A stretch of DNA of 63,279 bases, filler included, from Asterionella formosa (Eukaryota), in assembly GCA_002256025.1 (NCBI GenBank). It is 7 parts of 7 records of this genome, joined end to end, with 100 filler letters (N's around TTAATTAATTAA, not from the genome) between each part and the next. Parts side by side here need not be neighbours in the genome. Positions count along the whole stretch, not along the records: positions 36,247 to 45,193 come from NKIB01011406.1; positions 45,294 to 54,238 come from NKIB01011407.1; 5 more parts are not named here. The stretch is one strand, 5' to 3'. Under the pieces are notes generated by a model that worked only from the letters and a program-made list of their open reading frames with translations, was not told where the DNA came from and did no database searches. The stretch's first letter is position 1. Each line of letters begins with the position of its first letter. A program made the position numbers and the translations under genes. This document shows positions 36,147 through 48,500 of the stretch, one piece after another.

Positions 36147-37733
36147 NNNNNNNNNNNNNNNNNNNNNNNNNNNNNNNNNNNNNNNNNNNNTTAATTAATT
36201 AANNNNNNNNNNNNNNNNNNNNNNNNNNNNNNNNNNNNNNNNNNNNTCTTGTACGAAGAGTTCGTTGTTCTTGTTTGCAAGCAATGCTATGCTGTAAAAG
36301 ACAAGAGGAAGGATGGAGCAACGACACAAAGGAGAAGGAAAGAACAAGGCGAAACGAAGAATCCTAAATACATTTTTGCCCACCGCAGCAGGAGGATCCT
36401 GCGAGCTGAAACGCACACGACAATACCGGTAAATACTACATACTATGATAGACACGATCCAAAGGCAGCACGCAAATAGCAGGGAGGGAGGAGCATGCAC
36501 AACAAAGAAACACGAAGAGGACGCTCGAAGCAACACACTACCAGTATATAGAACATTCCAGCTATATTCTTACATAGCACAGTAGGGTAGTGGGACTAGG
36601 TACGACCTGGTGTGTGGTACCAGTACAAGCATTACTGCTACATCAGCTTTGATGCCGCTGGTTGTTGTGCTTTTGTTCGCTCAGCATTGATTCCGACTTT
36701 TTCCTCATCATGATCATGGAAGGAACTTATGATACTGGGATTCAATTATACTGTAGTGTCACTATAAACAGCATACTGTCCAATCCAAGGACAAGCCAAT
36801 TTTTCTTAGCTTCTGCTCCATATCCAACTGTTGCATGTTTGCACTCTACAAATCTTCACCTTGGGACCTTGGCTAGTCCAGATTCCATTAATACATTGTA
36901 GATTTCAGCATTTCATACCAAGCCGATGCATTTTATAACAATGTCTGGTGGGAACAACAATGTTTTAGAGTTTCAGCTGTCAAAGCATCTACCAACACCA
37001 TCATGGGCCATAGCTACACCATCATGATGCCATAGCTGGTGACCTGTGCGTTGCATGCCAGAGATAATGATGCATTGACATTGGAGAGGATTTTTCATTA
37101 CAATTATTGGTTCAATTCATAAACATGTTGCACCCCATAAGAAGTGGCTGGCTTTTGGAATAGTATATGCTCCTCTGCCATTACAACCTGCCTGGTGGCT
37201 GGCCACCACGCCAACGTGGTATGATTGACCAGCATGTCATGGAGCAATTATGTTCTCAGGGCAACAAAGAACATTGCCCTGCGAGTTTTGATGGAACAAA
37301 AGCAAATGTTACTTGGTCACATTGATGGTGTGACAGTGTGGATGAAAAAGTGTTAGAACGTTTTCATTGTCACTATGGTTCAGCCATTATACCAAAAATT
37401 GGTAGCAATTGCTACCAATTGGGGAACATTCACCTCGATTTTGCGCCAAAATAGGGTCAGAAGTTCTACGGTCAAACAAACAAAATTATGGGACGTCAAA
37501 GGTTTTACCCCCAATTCAGCTTTCCAAATTGGGTACTTTTCGGCTCCTCTGCACCCTTCAGTACATGTACATACCGGACTATTTTTCTGATCCGCATCAC
37601 TCACCACATTTCTCCTCCGCCCCACTCTCCCCCCGCCTTCTGATTTATGGTGCAAGGCTGAGGATCGTTCATTGCTTCTCATTTCACCGAATTACAAACT
37701 CTGTAGCTACTGGTAGTTTAACGACAGTACTCC

Positions 37734-40219
37734 ATGACATCCAACGACAACGACGACGACACATCAAGTGCTTATTCACGATGGACGTTGCTGCAAGAGG
37801 ACGCCATTGACTATGGATATTTTGCCAAGTCAGGAGGAGTTTCAGTTGCCGCCACTTCTGCTACTACTACTACCACCACTGCTACTGCTGCTGAGGATCC
37901 GGCATCGTTTTATATAACAACTGCCATTAACTATACCAATGGACCAGCTCATATGGGACATGCCTACGAAGCCGCAACGTCAGATGCCATTGCAAGATTT
38001 GTTCGGCTACAAGGATCGCATCATTCGACCTACTTTGTCACTGGTGCTGATGAGCACGGACAGAAAATTGCAAATACCGCTGCTGCTATTGGACAAGAGC
38101 CAATGGAAATTTGTGACAAGGTAAGTTCATCATGTACGCCTACTGACGACATTTGCTACATCTCGTTGATTATGACAAGTTTTTATTTAGTCGTTCCTAC
38201 TTGTTGAAAAACCATGCACCTCACACACTTTTTCACACACCACGACAGTACGTTACTGGCTTTCAATGTTTGAATCAACGTATTCTCATTTCTAATGATG
38301 ATTACATTCGAACAACATCAGATCGCCACAAACGGACAGCTCAAGCGTTGTGGAACAAATGTTCGGACAATGGCGACATTTACCTTGATACATATTCAGG
38401 ATGGTACAACATTCGGGAAGAAACGTTCGTCACCGACTCAGATGCAGCACTTATGGAATACAAGGATCCAACATCTGGACTTGATCTAAAGCAAGTTCAA
38501 GAAGAATCGTACTTTTTTAAAATGAGTGCCTATCATGATGCACTCGTACAGCACATTCAAAATCATGTGGAATTCATACGGCCTGAGCATCATCGGAACT
38601 TGATTTTGGCAAGACTACAAGGTGATCGATTGAGGGATTTATCCATTTCTCGAACCACCTTTGCATGGGGAATACCAGTCCCTCAAGGCTTTGCTGAACA
38701 TCATGTCATGTATGTGTGGGTTGATGCTCTTAGTAACTACTTGACTGGGGTGGATGCCCTAGGAGTCAACAGCAATAACAATGATGATCATGATGGATCG
38801 GCGGTGGACTTGTCCCACTTTTGGCCTGCCAATATTCACATTATTGGAAAGGATATTCTATGGTTCCACACTGTCATTTGGCCATGTTTATTGATGAGCG
38901 CGGGCCTACCACTCCCCAAGACAGTCTTTGCGCATGGATTCGTTAATGACAAGGAAGGAAAAAAGATGAGCAAGAGTATGGGCAATGTCGTGGATCCACA
39001 TGATATGTTGGACAAATTCCCAGTAGATACATTTCGTTGGTATTTATGTAAAGAAGCACCTTATGGAGGGGAATTGTCCTTTAGCGAGGAATCCATGAAA
39101 GACATGCACAACGCTGATTTGTGTGATACTCTTGGAAATTTGGTACACCGTGCAACGAATCTTTGTGGCAAGTATTGTAATGGAAAAGTTCCCAATGTGC
39201 CACCTCCTATCAAATCTCCAATTGATTTAGGCAAACTTGTTGCCGATTACCAAGCCAAGATGAAACAGTTGGAACTTGAGGGTGGGGCCAACATTGCTAT
39301 TCAAGGATTCCGTGATGTGAATCGATACTTGACAGAAAATGCACCCTGGCTCCTAAAGGGTGACGAGCATGAAGAAGCTCGTCAAGTGACGGTCCGAGCC
39401 ACTCTTGAAGCTATTTACGGACTGGCTCACTTGCTATTGCCATTTCTTCCAGTTGGTGGGTCTGCCATTTTCAAAAAACTAAATACCGAGCCCACAACTC
39501 TGGAGGTGCTGGGAAAAGATTGTCGTAATTTGGTGGTAGGAACAGAGATTACTGTGGGTAACATATTGTACACCAAACTTGTTGATACGGTTGAAACATT
39601 TACAGATACTACAACCTCCACAAAAGAGTCACATGCAGAAGCTCAGAAGCGCAAGAAGGAGAAGAAGGCCGCCATCATTTCAGCAAACAAGGCGGGACAG
39701 GATGCCCTCGCCGATACTGACCAATCAGAATTCACCAAAATGGACATTCGGGTTGGTCAGATTATCAAGGTGTGGAATCACGAAGAGGCGGATAAACTTT
39801 TGTGTGAAGAGATTGATGTCGGGGAAGAGACTGGACCTCGTCAGATTGCATCCGGCTTGCGTCAATACTATTCGTTGGAGCAGATGCAAGGGAAAAAGGT
39901 TCTAGTGGTGTGTAATCTAAAAGCGTCCAAGATTGTCGGATTCACCAGCAACGGCATGGTCTTGGCGGCCAAGGGCGAGGGAAAGGTTGAATTGGTATGT
40001 CCTCCGGATGACGCGAAAATTGGTGAGCGTGTCTTTATTGAAGGCCTCAATGGAGAGCCATTCACTTCTGCTCAGGTAAAGAAGAAGAAGACAATGGAAG
40101 CAGTTGCAAAGGACTTGAAGACTGGTGAGGGCGGAGTGGCTACATGGGATGGCAAGACCATTCAAACCTCCGCTGGACCTTGTCACGCGGCGTCCCTTGT
40201 TGGTGCACCCATATCGTAG
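37734..40219 (+). CDS. metG: Methionyl-tRNA synthetase with C-terminal EMAPII/Trbp111-like tRNA-binding domain; exons 37734-38120 and 38249-40219
   Basis: FYITTAINYTNGPAHMGH (HIGH), GADEHGQKI, LSISR, YVWVDAL, IGKDILWFH, KMSKS; C-terminal DIRVGQI...RQIASGL...SNGMVL. AAG|gtaagt...cag|TAC intron. The true start is uncertain. Confidence 0.96.
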
Positions 40220-40458
40220 AATAATCTAAGAGAGTTCCATTTAATGTCTTGGCGTTTTTATGACCAAACGCCTTAATTTCACGTTTTCTTTTTTTGCACT
40301 AAAAGAAATAGCAGAATAATAATGTTATTAGATTTTCAATTTAGAACTTCTGGTTATATGTATATTGTATGAAAATATAAATAGATGTTTGCTGTGCAAG
40401 AACGCACAGTAGCTGCAATGCAATGGAACATCAACGAAGGGGTACCGGTAGGCGACCT

Positions 40459-43400
40459 CTAGGTGCCCATGCTCAATAGGTTGCGTCTCCCTCGTTCATA
40501 CGAGACAGACTTCATAAATCTCTCCATGAGCTCGATGTATTTGTGAACAGAGAAAGTATAAAATTGGAGAGACCGAAAATGCATTCGGAGAACCATTTCA
40601 CCATTTTTGAAAACGATATCCTCAATCTTCTCGTCTGACAATCTCGTCAATTTTTCGCAAAGAGCCTCCAAGGCGCTTTGGTGGTCTTCAAATTCCTTCT
40701 CATTTGCTGTTAAACTGTATGCTGCCACGTAGGAGTGCTTAAGAAAGCGACGACAGGAAACGAGAGATTCTCTGGTTGATTCAACGATATCCAGGTCGTC
40801 ACCTGATATACACAGAACTCGATCCTCCATAGCTCGTTGCATGTCCTTCTCAAAGGCATTCAAATGATTTACTGCGTAGTGTTCTGCATCTTCGTGACCA
40901 AGATATCGATCGGTGTAGAACAAGTCACGCTTCAACTGGTCATCATCTGTATGCTCGAGTGGATCAAATTGACTACATTGATGAGGAGCAATCTGTGTAC
41001 CTAAGTGAGACAAGCATTGCCAGCAAAACTCATGATAACACTGAGAGCAAGTCATGTGGTCACAGCCGCCATTCTTTTCCATCGGAACACTGCATCCAGG
41101 ACAAGGCTTTATGTTCTTGATAATCCATAATTTGGAATTGCCGAAAAGGCGATTCCAATCCTGAACGTCCCGACAGCGTGCTGGTGTGTGAGGTGAGTCC
41201 CCACATGAAAAGCAAAAACGAGTCGAGCATTTGCTGCAAGTTATAATACCTTCTTCATTAGGCACATGGGCAACAACTTTGCAATCTGGACCCGGGCATG
41301 CGCGGTATTGAGAATCTTTATCAATAAACTCGTCGAGCATTACCTTACGCCAAAATAACTCGTCAGTAGGATGGATGGGAGAAACTCGGTTGGCACATTC
41401 ATGAGATGGGCAAGTGGATTTTAGAAGGTGGATGGCTCCTTCGTCTACCTTGTTAGCAATGTAGGAGTGCCAACAGGGATAGCAGAAGTAGTGACTACAC
41501 CCCAATGAGTACACATCTGTAGATTGTAAATCATTATCAAAGCATATTTCGCAAGTATAGCTTGACAATTCCATTGAATCAGGTTGTTCATTAGACGAAA
41601 TGAGATATGCGACACCATGATCATTCAAGACACCATCGCGGTCCATGCACAGTCCCGAGTGTGCATTTTCGACGGAGAAATCATAGTCCTGAAGCAAGAT
41701 GGTAGCAACACTCTCTGGAACATTTCCTTGGTCGGCAAGGGCTATAATTCGTGAAGTAAGATCTGCGTAAATCTTCTCCAATTCACTCTCCTTTTCAAGG
41801 TCGATCATTTCTGGTATTAATTCTCCCTTGACTGTCATGTCGAATTGTGAAGCATCTATGGATTTGAGAGTGTTTATGGCACTGTTTCTGATATCTTTTC
41901 GAACATCATGTGCTAAGTAGCTCGACAGGTGATAGGAGGCCAGAGGGTCCAACAATAACAACAAGTCAGTGATCCATCTGGTGGCATTCAGACGTGCTGC
42001 TTCAGAGACATTGCACACAGCGTCAAGCAGGAATGGAAACAGGACGGCAACCGCGCTTTCTTTTTCGGTCACAATGGTAGTTACTTTAATTGCATCCGTA
42101 TACACTTTCAAAAGAGCACATAGAGCGTTTGAGACTTTTGCTGCAACGCGCTCGTCTTCTGTGATCGCACATTTGAAAAGAAGAACTGGTAGGTTGAAGG
42201 ACAATCGACCATTCTTGTCATAGACTTCATGGACTTTCGACAGTTTCGAGATTAAATCGTAAGCAGTCTCTCGAGCTTTTCTGGCGTCGTCAATAGCTCG
42301 ACTCATTCTTCGTTGATTATTGCGATGGTGCCTCAGTATCGGAAGGTTAAAATTCTGTGTTCTGTCACTACCATTAGCACTTGGCATAACATCATCATCC
42401 TCTTCTAATAGATTCATTCTAATCCTTCTATGTGGTTCTTCACGATCATTTATACCATCAGTCAAATCCTGGTCTTGTACATGATTTTGTAGTGGCAAGG
42501 GTGAATTCCTTTCCATCATGTTGCCGATGACAGCTATCGATGCCTGTAGACACTTTCGCTCCAGATCGAGCATCCATTCTTGTTCAAATGACTTGTAGAT
42601 TGGTAATTGTTCAAGAATCCGTCGTAAGAGATGTATTGTTGACAGTCCAGATAGGCTGTGTTGATGCTGTACGGCCAAGACAAGATCCACCAGTAATTGC
42701 AGTTCACCTTTTGCCATTTGACTATTATGAGTAGGAGAAAAGTGAAGTTGGAGAAACTTAAGGGTTCGACATGCCATACCTACCGGAAGTGGTCTCCTTT
42801 TCAAACCTTGTGTATTACTACTTGCGTTTGGTGGTTTCGGTCCGAGAATCCCTTCCCAAATTTTTTTCCGCTCTTTGTGACACTCCAAGTGTGCATGAGC
42901 TTTCGAGTCACCCAAAATTAGAATCAAGCATGAAATTACCACAGAGATGCTACAACAACCACTTCTAGCATCCGTTCTATGCCGTTCTCCTCGGTGTTTC
43001 GTTATCGTCGCGCCATTAGCAACATACTCAGCTGCCAGCTGGCGAGATTTACTACTCCGTTGGCCATTGCAGCTGCTGGCCATTGACAAAATAGACAGTA
43101 TCAATATTTGATCCTCGTGGAGCAATCCACAAAGACAATACCGGAAGCATACATATTTCAATTCCCGTAAATAAACCCTCATGGATTCATTCCAAGGAGA
43201 TTTTTTGCGATGAGAAAGTCGTGCGATGCCTTCATCTGAGAGTCCATCCAAGAGTCCATCTGACACTACGATCCACCATGGCGGAGGGGGTATGTCGTCT
43301 ACTGTAAACAAGGTGAGGTCCAAAAGTATTTCGAAGAGTCCAGATCCATTCTCTCTCATGATGTGTCGAAAGTTTGGGGAAACAACAATCTCCTTGTCAA

Positions 43401-44187
43401 GATATTCATTTGCGGTGGAGAAGGTGGAGGAGGACAGTTCAAAGTCACATGTATCAAAATCCAAGAGTGGTGAAAGGGAATATAATATTGCCACAGTGTC
43501 TAAAACTATCCAACTGGCAGTTCTGAACTCATACTGTTCCTCATCACTAATTCTATTGAGTTGCAATTCCTTCGTTTTAATGTCATTCATGAACTTGATC
43601 AAAGTTTCTTGAGTTTCTTGTATTGGCCTCGATGTTTTGTTTTGTTCGTTGGATTTGGCGCAGCAGCAAGATGCCTGAGTACCCACTTGCATCAATTGTA
43701 ATATCATGCCTCTTGTGACTGGACTCTTGGCTTCTTTTAAAAGTGGTCTTATGGTTGAAAGCCAAGAAATGTCTATGGTGGTCGTTGCTGCCATGCTAGG
43801 ATCGAATGCCTTGAATCGGTCAACAAGATGAGATAGACATGCTCCTAGTTGACCTTGCAATTGTTGCTGTTGTAGCAGTAGCTGTTGTTGTTGCCATTGA
43901 TGTTCTGAGAGACTGCTGCTGCTACCAATACCACCGTTGGTAGCAGTAGCTGCTGTTGTATGCCCATCCAGCAACAAGTTCATGATCGCTCTACTTGAAG
44001 CATCTAAACGTGACAGCAATCGAGGTAAAAGATTTGACAAGATTGTTCCTGATGATAATAATTGGATATTAGTTATTTGTGCCAATCGATTGTGGACTCG
44101 AATGACACTGGCAATTTCCTCCTCGACTAGTATCGCTGCTGCTGCTGATCTTAATGATGATGATTTATGTTTTTGGAGAAAATGCAT
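40459..44187 (-). CDS. Ariadne-type RBR E3 ubiquitin ligase (RING1-IBR-RING2-Ariadne) with an ~800-aa N-terminal HEAT-like, Ecm29-like extension
   Basis: RING1 CEICF...CSHYFCYPCW...CPSHEC; IBR CPGPDC...CSKCSTRFCFSC..PHTPARC; RING2 KPCPGC..MEKNGGCDHMTCSQCYHEFCWQC; Ariadne-domain YTDRYLGH and CRRFLKHSYVAAY. Single open frame. Confidence 0.9.
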   Translation of the reverse strand: MHFLQKHKSSSLRSAAAAILVEEEIASVIRVHNRLAQITNIQLLSSGTILSNLLPRLLSRLDASSRAIMNLLLDGHTTAATATNGGIGSSSSLSEHQWQQQQLLLQQQQLQGQLGACLSHLVDRFKAFDPSMAATTTIDISWLSTIRPLLKEAKSPVTRGMILQLMQVGTQASCCCAKSNEQNKTSRPIQETQETLIKFMNDIKTKELQLNRISDEEQYEFRTASWIVLDTVAILYSLSPLLDFDTCDFELSSSTFSTANEYLDKEIVVSPNFRHIMRENGSGLFEILLDLTLFTVDDIPPPPWWIVVSDGLLDGLSDEGIARLSHRKKSPWNESMRVYLRELKYVCFRYCLCGLLHEDQILILSILSMASSCNGQRSSKSRQLAAEYVANGATITKHRGERHRTDARSGCCSISVVISCLILILGDSKAHAHLECHKERKKIWEGILGPKPPNASSNTQGLKRRPLPVGMACRTLKFLQLHFSPTHNSQMAKGELQLLVDLVLAVQHQHSLSGLSTIHLLRRILEQLPIYKSFEQEWMLDLERKCLQASIAVIGNMMERNSPLPLQNHVQDQDLTDGINDREEPHRRIRMNLLEEDDDVMPSANGSDRTQNFNLPILRHHRNNQRRMSRAIDDARKARETAYDLISKLSKVHEVYDKNGRLSFNLPVLLFKCAITEDERVAAKVSNALCALLKVYTDAIKVTTIVTEKESAVAVLFPFLLDAVCNVSEAARLNATRWITDLLLLLDPLASYHLSSYLAHDVRKDIRNSAINTLKSIDASQFDMTVKGELIPEMIDLEKESELEKIYADLTSRIIALADQGNVPESVATILLQDYDFSVENAHSGLCMDRDGVLNDHGVAYLISSNEQPDSMELSSYTCEICFDNDLQSTDVYSLGCSHYFCYPCWHSYIANKVDEGAIHLLKSTCPSHECANRVSPIHPTDELFWRKVMLDEFIDKDSQYRACPGPDCKVVAHVPNEEGIITCSKCSTRFCFSCGDSPHTPARCRDVQDWNRLFGNSKLWIIKNIKPCPGCSVPMEKNGGCDHMTCSQCYHEFCWQCLSHLGTQIAPHQCSQFDPLEHTDDDQLKRDLFYTDRYLGHEDAEHYAVNHLNAFEKDMQRAMEDRVLCISGDDLDIVESTRESLVSCRRFLKHSYVAAYSLTANEKEFEDHQSALEALCEKLTRLSDEKIEDIVFKNGEMVLRMHFRSLQFYTFSVHKYIELMERFMKSVSYERGRRNLLSMGT

Positions 44188-44379
44188 TTTTAAACGATGT
44201 TTTCATAAAATGTGAGCACCTATGTTTTGCTTTGTCAGTTTCCTTGAACGTGAATCGATTTTCTCTCTCTTTGTCATTTAGCAAAAATCAAGCAAATGTA
44301 CATTATACACAGAAAGGGCAGTACAAGAACTAGCGACCTCGCAGCCCTGACCTCGTCATATCTCGACGAGCTTTTCTGG

Positions 44380-44670
44380 GACATTGTCATGATTTGATGC
44401 ATAGAAGCGGTCATGGAGGATTAATTATTATCAAACCCTAACCCAAATCCCCCAGATTTGGGGCTAGGGCTAGTTTCTTGACACCATAGTGATCATGATG
44501 CAATGCACAGACACGGTCGTGGAGGAGGAATTATTGTCGAACCCTAACCCTAAAGGGCTAGTTTCTTGACACCATACCGGTAGTGATCTTCATGTAATGC
44601 CCAGACAGGGTCGTCGAGGAGGAATCATTGTCGCACTAACCCTAATCCCCCAAAATTTAGGGGTTAAGGA
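44380..44670. repeat. ~3 degenerate tandem units each carrying a telomere-like (a)accctaaccc
   Basis: ggagga..aattatt.tc.aaccctaaccc and gggctagtttcttgacaccata recur. Confidence 0.7.
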
Positions 44671-44974
44671 ATGACACCCCCATCGGAATTGAAATAGAGT
44701 TGACCTGACCAAACCGGCACCCTGACCAATTTTGGATTTGACCTTGTGGTACAGCCCCCGTAGAACTTCCGTATGATCTTGTCTTATTTTTAGTTCATTC
44801 AATTATGGATATTTTTTCATTATTATAAATGATTTCCAATGCCGCTGGCGCGCGCTACACGAATCCGTCGTAAAAAGGTACGCAATAGCAGTCCAACAAT
44901 TTTTATGTACATCGCAAACTCAGTATTTTTGCGCAGCACTCGTGGATGAATGATTATCATCTTTATTAAGGTTC

Positions 44975-45150
44975 CTGCATTTGAACCCCTAGGCAAAATG
45001 TAAAATATTGCTTAGGGTTGCCGAAATTCCCTGGAACTAAGAATTTTTATGAGTTAATTTTGAATGACGTGATTCCAATTGAAATATTTGAATCACTGGA
45101 AATTTGCGCGTACATACATAGATTCCTTTTCGAATTCAATAAATATATAC
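44975..45150 (+). repeat. Dispersed repeat, second copy at ~57712-57885
   Basis: ccctaggcaaaa..taaaatattgcttagggttgcc.aaattccctggaa...tgaatgacgtgattcca is shared by two scaffolds. Confidence 0.85.
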
Positions 45151-45517
45151 ATAAACGTTCTCCATCGCTCAATGTTTATATACCCTATCATACNNNNNNN
45201 NNNNNNNNNNNNNNNNNNNNNNNNNNNNNNNNNNNNNTTAATTAATTAANNNNNNNNNNNNNNNNNNNNNNNNNNNNNNNNNNNNNNNNNNNNGGTAGTA
45301 TACGGAGTACGGAGTCTTCCTTTTCTTATTACCGGTTGCGGGAAGGTGATCCGAATTGCGAAAGTAAGGTCAGCAAGCAAAGCAAGCAAGGACTTGTTCA
45401 CCACAATATCATAATAACAAAAGCGAGTGCACTTTATCACATCCGTCTAAACATATATATATTGTATGACTATACAGCAACTAAAGTTAACAATCAAGTA
45501 AACAAGTAATCAAAACA

Positions 45518-48500
45518 ATGGCAAAAGGAAAGAAAGGCAAAGGCCGTCACAACGACGATTGGTCTGACGAAGAACCTGTTGTTGCTCCCAAGAAAAACGA
45601 GGAAGGCGAAGCTGCAAAGGGCACACTCAGTCGCAAACAACAAAAGCTGGCCAAACAACAGCAAAAAGCACAACAGGGCAAGCGAAAGGATGACAGCGAT
45701 GACGAAGATGACAAGATTGCTGCACTAATTGGCGGGAAGGCTCGTGCGGGAAAGGACGATGACGAGAGTAGTGACGACGACGAAGTACCAGTATCGAAAC
45801 AGAAGGTGTCCAAGAAAAAGACGCAGCAGGCCAGCAAACGACATGATGAAAGTGATGGCGCAGGCGAGAAGCCTGCCCCCTTGAAGGGTAGAGCGACGCA
45901 TAAGGACGACAGCAGTGACGACGAGCCCAACCGTCAAACAAAAGCAAAGGCTCCTAGAAAGAAGCAAAATAAAAGAGCCGTAGCTGCTACGAAAGCGGAA
46001 TCGTCTGACTCTGAGGAAGTCATGCTCATGCCTACCACAAGAGGCAAGCTTGAAAAGAAAGCAAGCGCCCGGGCTTATGCCATGGAAGATTCAAGTGATG
46101 AATCAGAGGAACATTCTGAAGAAGAGATACCGTTCCCAGAACATCAACAGGATGGAGGGATTGCTAATGCTAATATGTTTGGCGCTATGGAAGATTCTGA
46201 AGAGGAAGAAGATAAGAAGCAAAAGATTGATTCTCAGTTTCATGACATGGAGGATTCTGAAGAACAGGATGACGACGAAGAGGTGGAACAGATTGCCTTT
46301 ACCATCTTGGAGGATGAGCCAAAGAAAAAGCCCAAGAAGGAAAAGAAGGTCAAAAAGGAGAAAAAGGCCAAGAAAGAAAAGAAAGAGAAGGATGTTGCTG
46401 GGTCAGATGATGATAGTGATGACAAGAAGAAGAAAAAGAAAAAAGGTACGTGAATTTATGGTGCTGTTGTATTTAGTCTAGCAACGTCTCATGCGATTGC
46501 ACTTTTGCCATCACACAAAACATGCAGACAAGAAAAAGGAAAAAGATTTGGACAAGGACAAGAAGAAGGATAAGAAGATGGTCATTGAAGGGGACGATGG
46601 AAAAATTGAAGAACTGCCTCCAGTTGAAGAACTGCCTCATGTTGAAGAAACGGTCGGAGTTGTTGAGGAAGTGACCAAACTGGTGGAGGCTACTACGCTC
46701 AAGACCGAAAATCCTACCGCTGTTGATCCACAACGAAAGAAATCCAAGTTTGAACTTCAAATGGAAGAAGCCTTGAAAAAGAAAGAACAAAAGGCACTAG
46801 AGGAGCAAATGCAACGACAAGAAGCTGCCGCCAAAGCAGCCGAGAAGGCAAGGAAGGAGGAAGAAGAAGCGATTCGAAAGGTTGACGAGGAAGAACTAGC
46901 CGAACGCGAAGCCAACGAGATTCGCAGAAAAATGGAGGAGGAAGTGGAGGCTTTTTATGGAGCTCCAGATGACGTGGCATGGACCGACAAGAGTCATGCA
47001 CAGAGAGAAGCTGACGAACAAGATGATGAAGGACATGATAAAACGGTGCGTTCCATATGCGTGGTATGATGTTTGTTGATATACTCAGGGCATATCTCAA
47101 CGAAAGACTGTATCATTTCAAATCACAGCTTACGCATGGAGCGGATGGCAAGAAGCTGAGTAACAAGGAACGAAAGAGATTGCTTAAGGAGCGGGAAAAG
47201 GAACTGCGAGAGGCAGAGTACGAAGTAGCAGCCGCAAAGGCGTCGAAGGAGGGAGCACAGTTTGCATGTTCCCAAACGGCCGTGAATGAAAAGGATCCAC
47301 AATGGGAGAATGCTCTCGATATCACTGTTCCGAATTTCAGTATCAGCGCTGCTGGGAAAATTCTTTTCAAGGACGCTTCCTTGGGAATTTCTCATGGTCG
47401 AAGATATGGTTTGGTTGGCCCCAACGGACGAGGAAAGTCCACTCTCCTAAAAATGATTGCTTCTGGTGACCTTAAAATTCCTCCACGGGTTGATTTCCTT
47501 TACGTTGAACAGGAAGTTGTAGCAGACGATACTCCGGCTGTCGATGCTGTGTTAAAGGCCGACACGAGAAGATGGGGACTTCTTGAAGAAGAAAAGAAGT
47601 TGATCACAGCGCTTGATGCTGGCGATGAAGACGAGAAGAAGCTAGATCGACTTCAGCAGGTGACGGAAGAATTAGCCAACATGGGTGCTGATGCCATGGA
47701 TGCAAAGGCTAGACGTATTTTGTTTGGTCTTGGTTTCGACATGGAGATGCAGACCAAGCCGACCAAGATGTTTTCTGGAGGTTGGAGAATGAGAATATCT
47801 CTCGCTCGGGCCCTGTTTGTTGAACCGACTTTGCTTATGCTGGACGAGCCGGTGAGAATTTATTTTCAAAATATTAAAGGCATGCGCTGTCGGTTCCATT
47901 CCTTCAATACTTCGCTCACCCCTTTGCCTTTCATTTCTTCGACAGACCAATCATCTAGACTTGAATGCCGTCATCTGGCTTGATGACTACTTACAGCGAT
48001 GGAAAAAGACAATGTTGGTCGTTTCGCATGACCAAGATTTCTTGAATAGTGTGTGCCAAGAGATTCTTCACATCGAAGACTTGAAGCTTATATCCTACAA
48101 GGGAAACTATGATACCTTCAAGAAGGCCGAAAAGGTCAAGCAGGTCCAGGCTCTCAAGGCTTGGGAGAAACAAGAAAAGCGTCTTCGTGAACTGAAGAAA
48201 TCTGGACAGTCGAAAGCAAAGGCGACAGAATCTGTCAAGAACAGCAACAAGCGCGAGCCAGGAGCCAGATCAAAGAAGCAAACCAACGATGCCATTGCAG
48301 GAGGATCGGAGACTGCCAAATTATCCGAGTTACTAAGCCGTCCCCAGGAGTACACAGTCAAGCTGGAGTTTGCCGAGGTTGCCGAGCTCTCGCGACCTGT
48401 TATGGAGGTTAACAGAGTTCATTTCCGATATTCTCCTAAGCACCCTATCATCTTCGACGAGGTTGATTTTGGCATTGACATGAACAGCCGTCTCTGTGTG

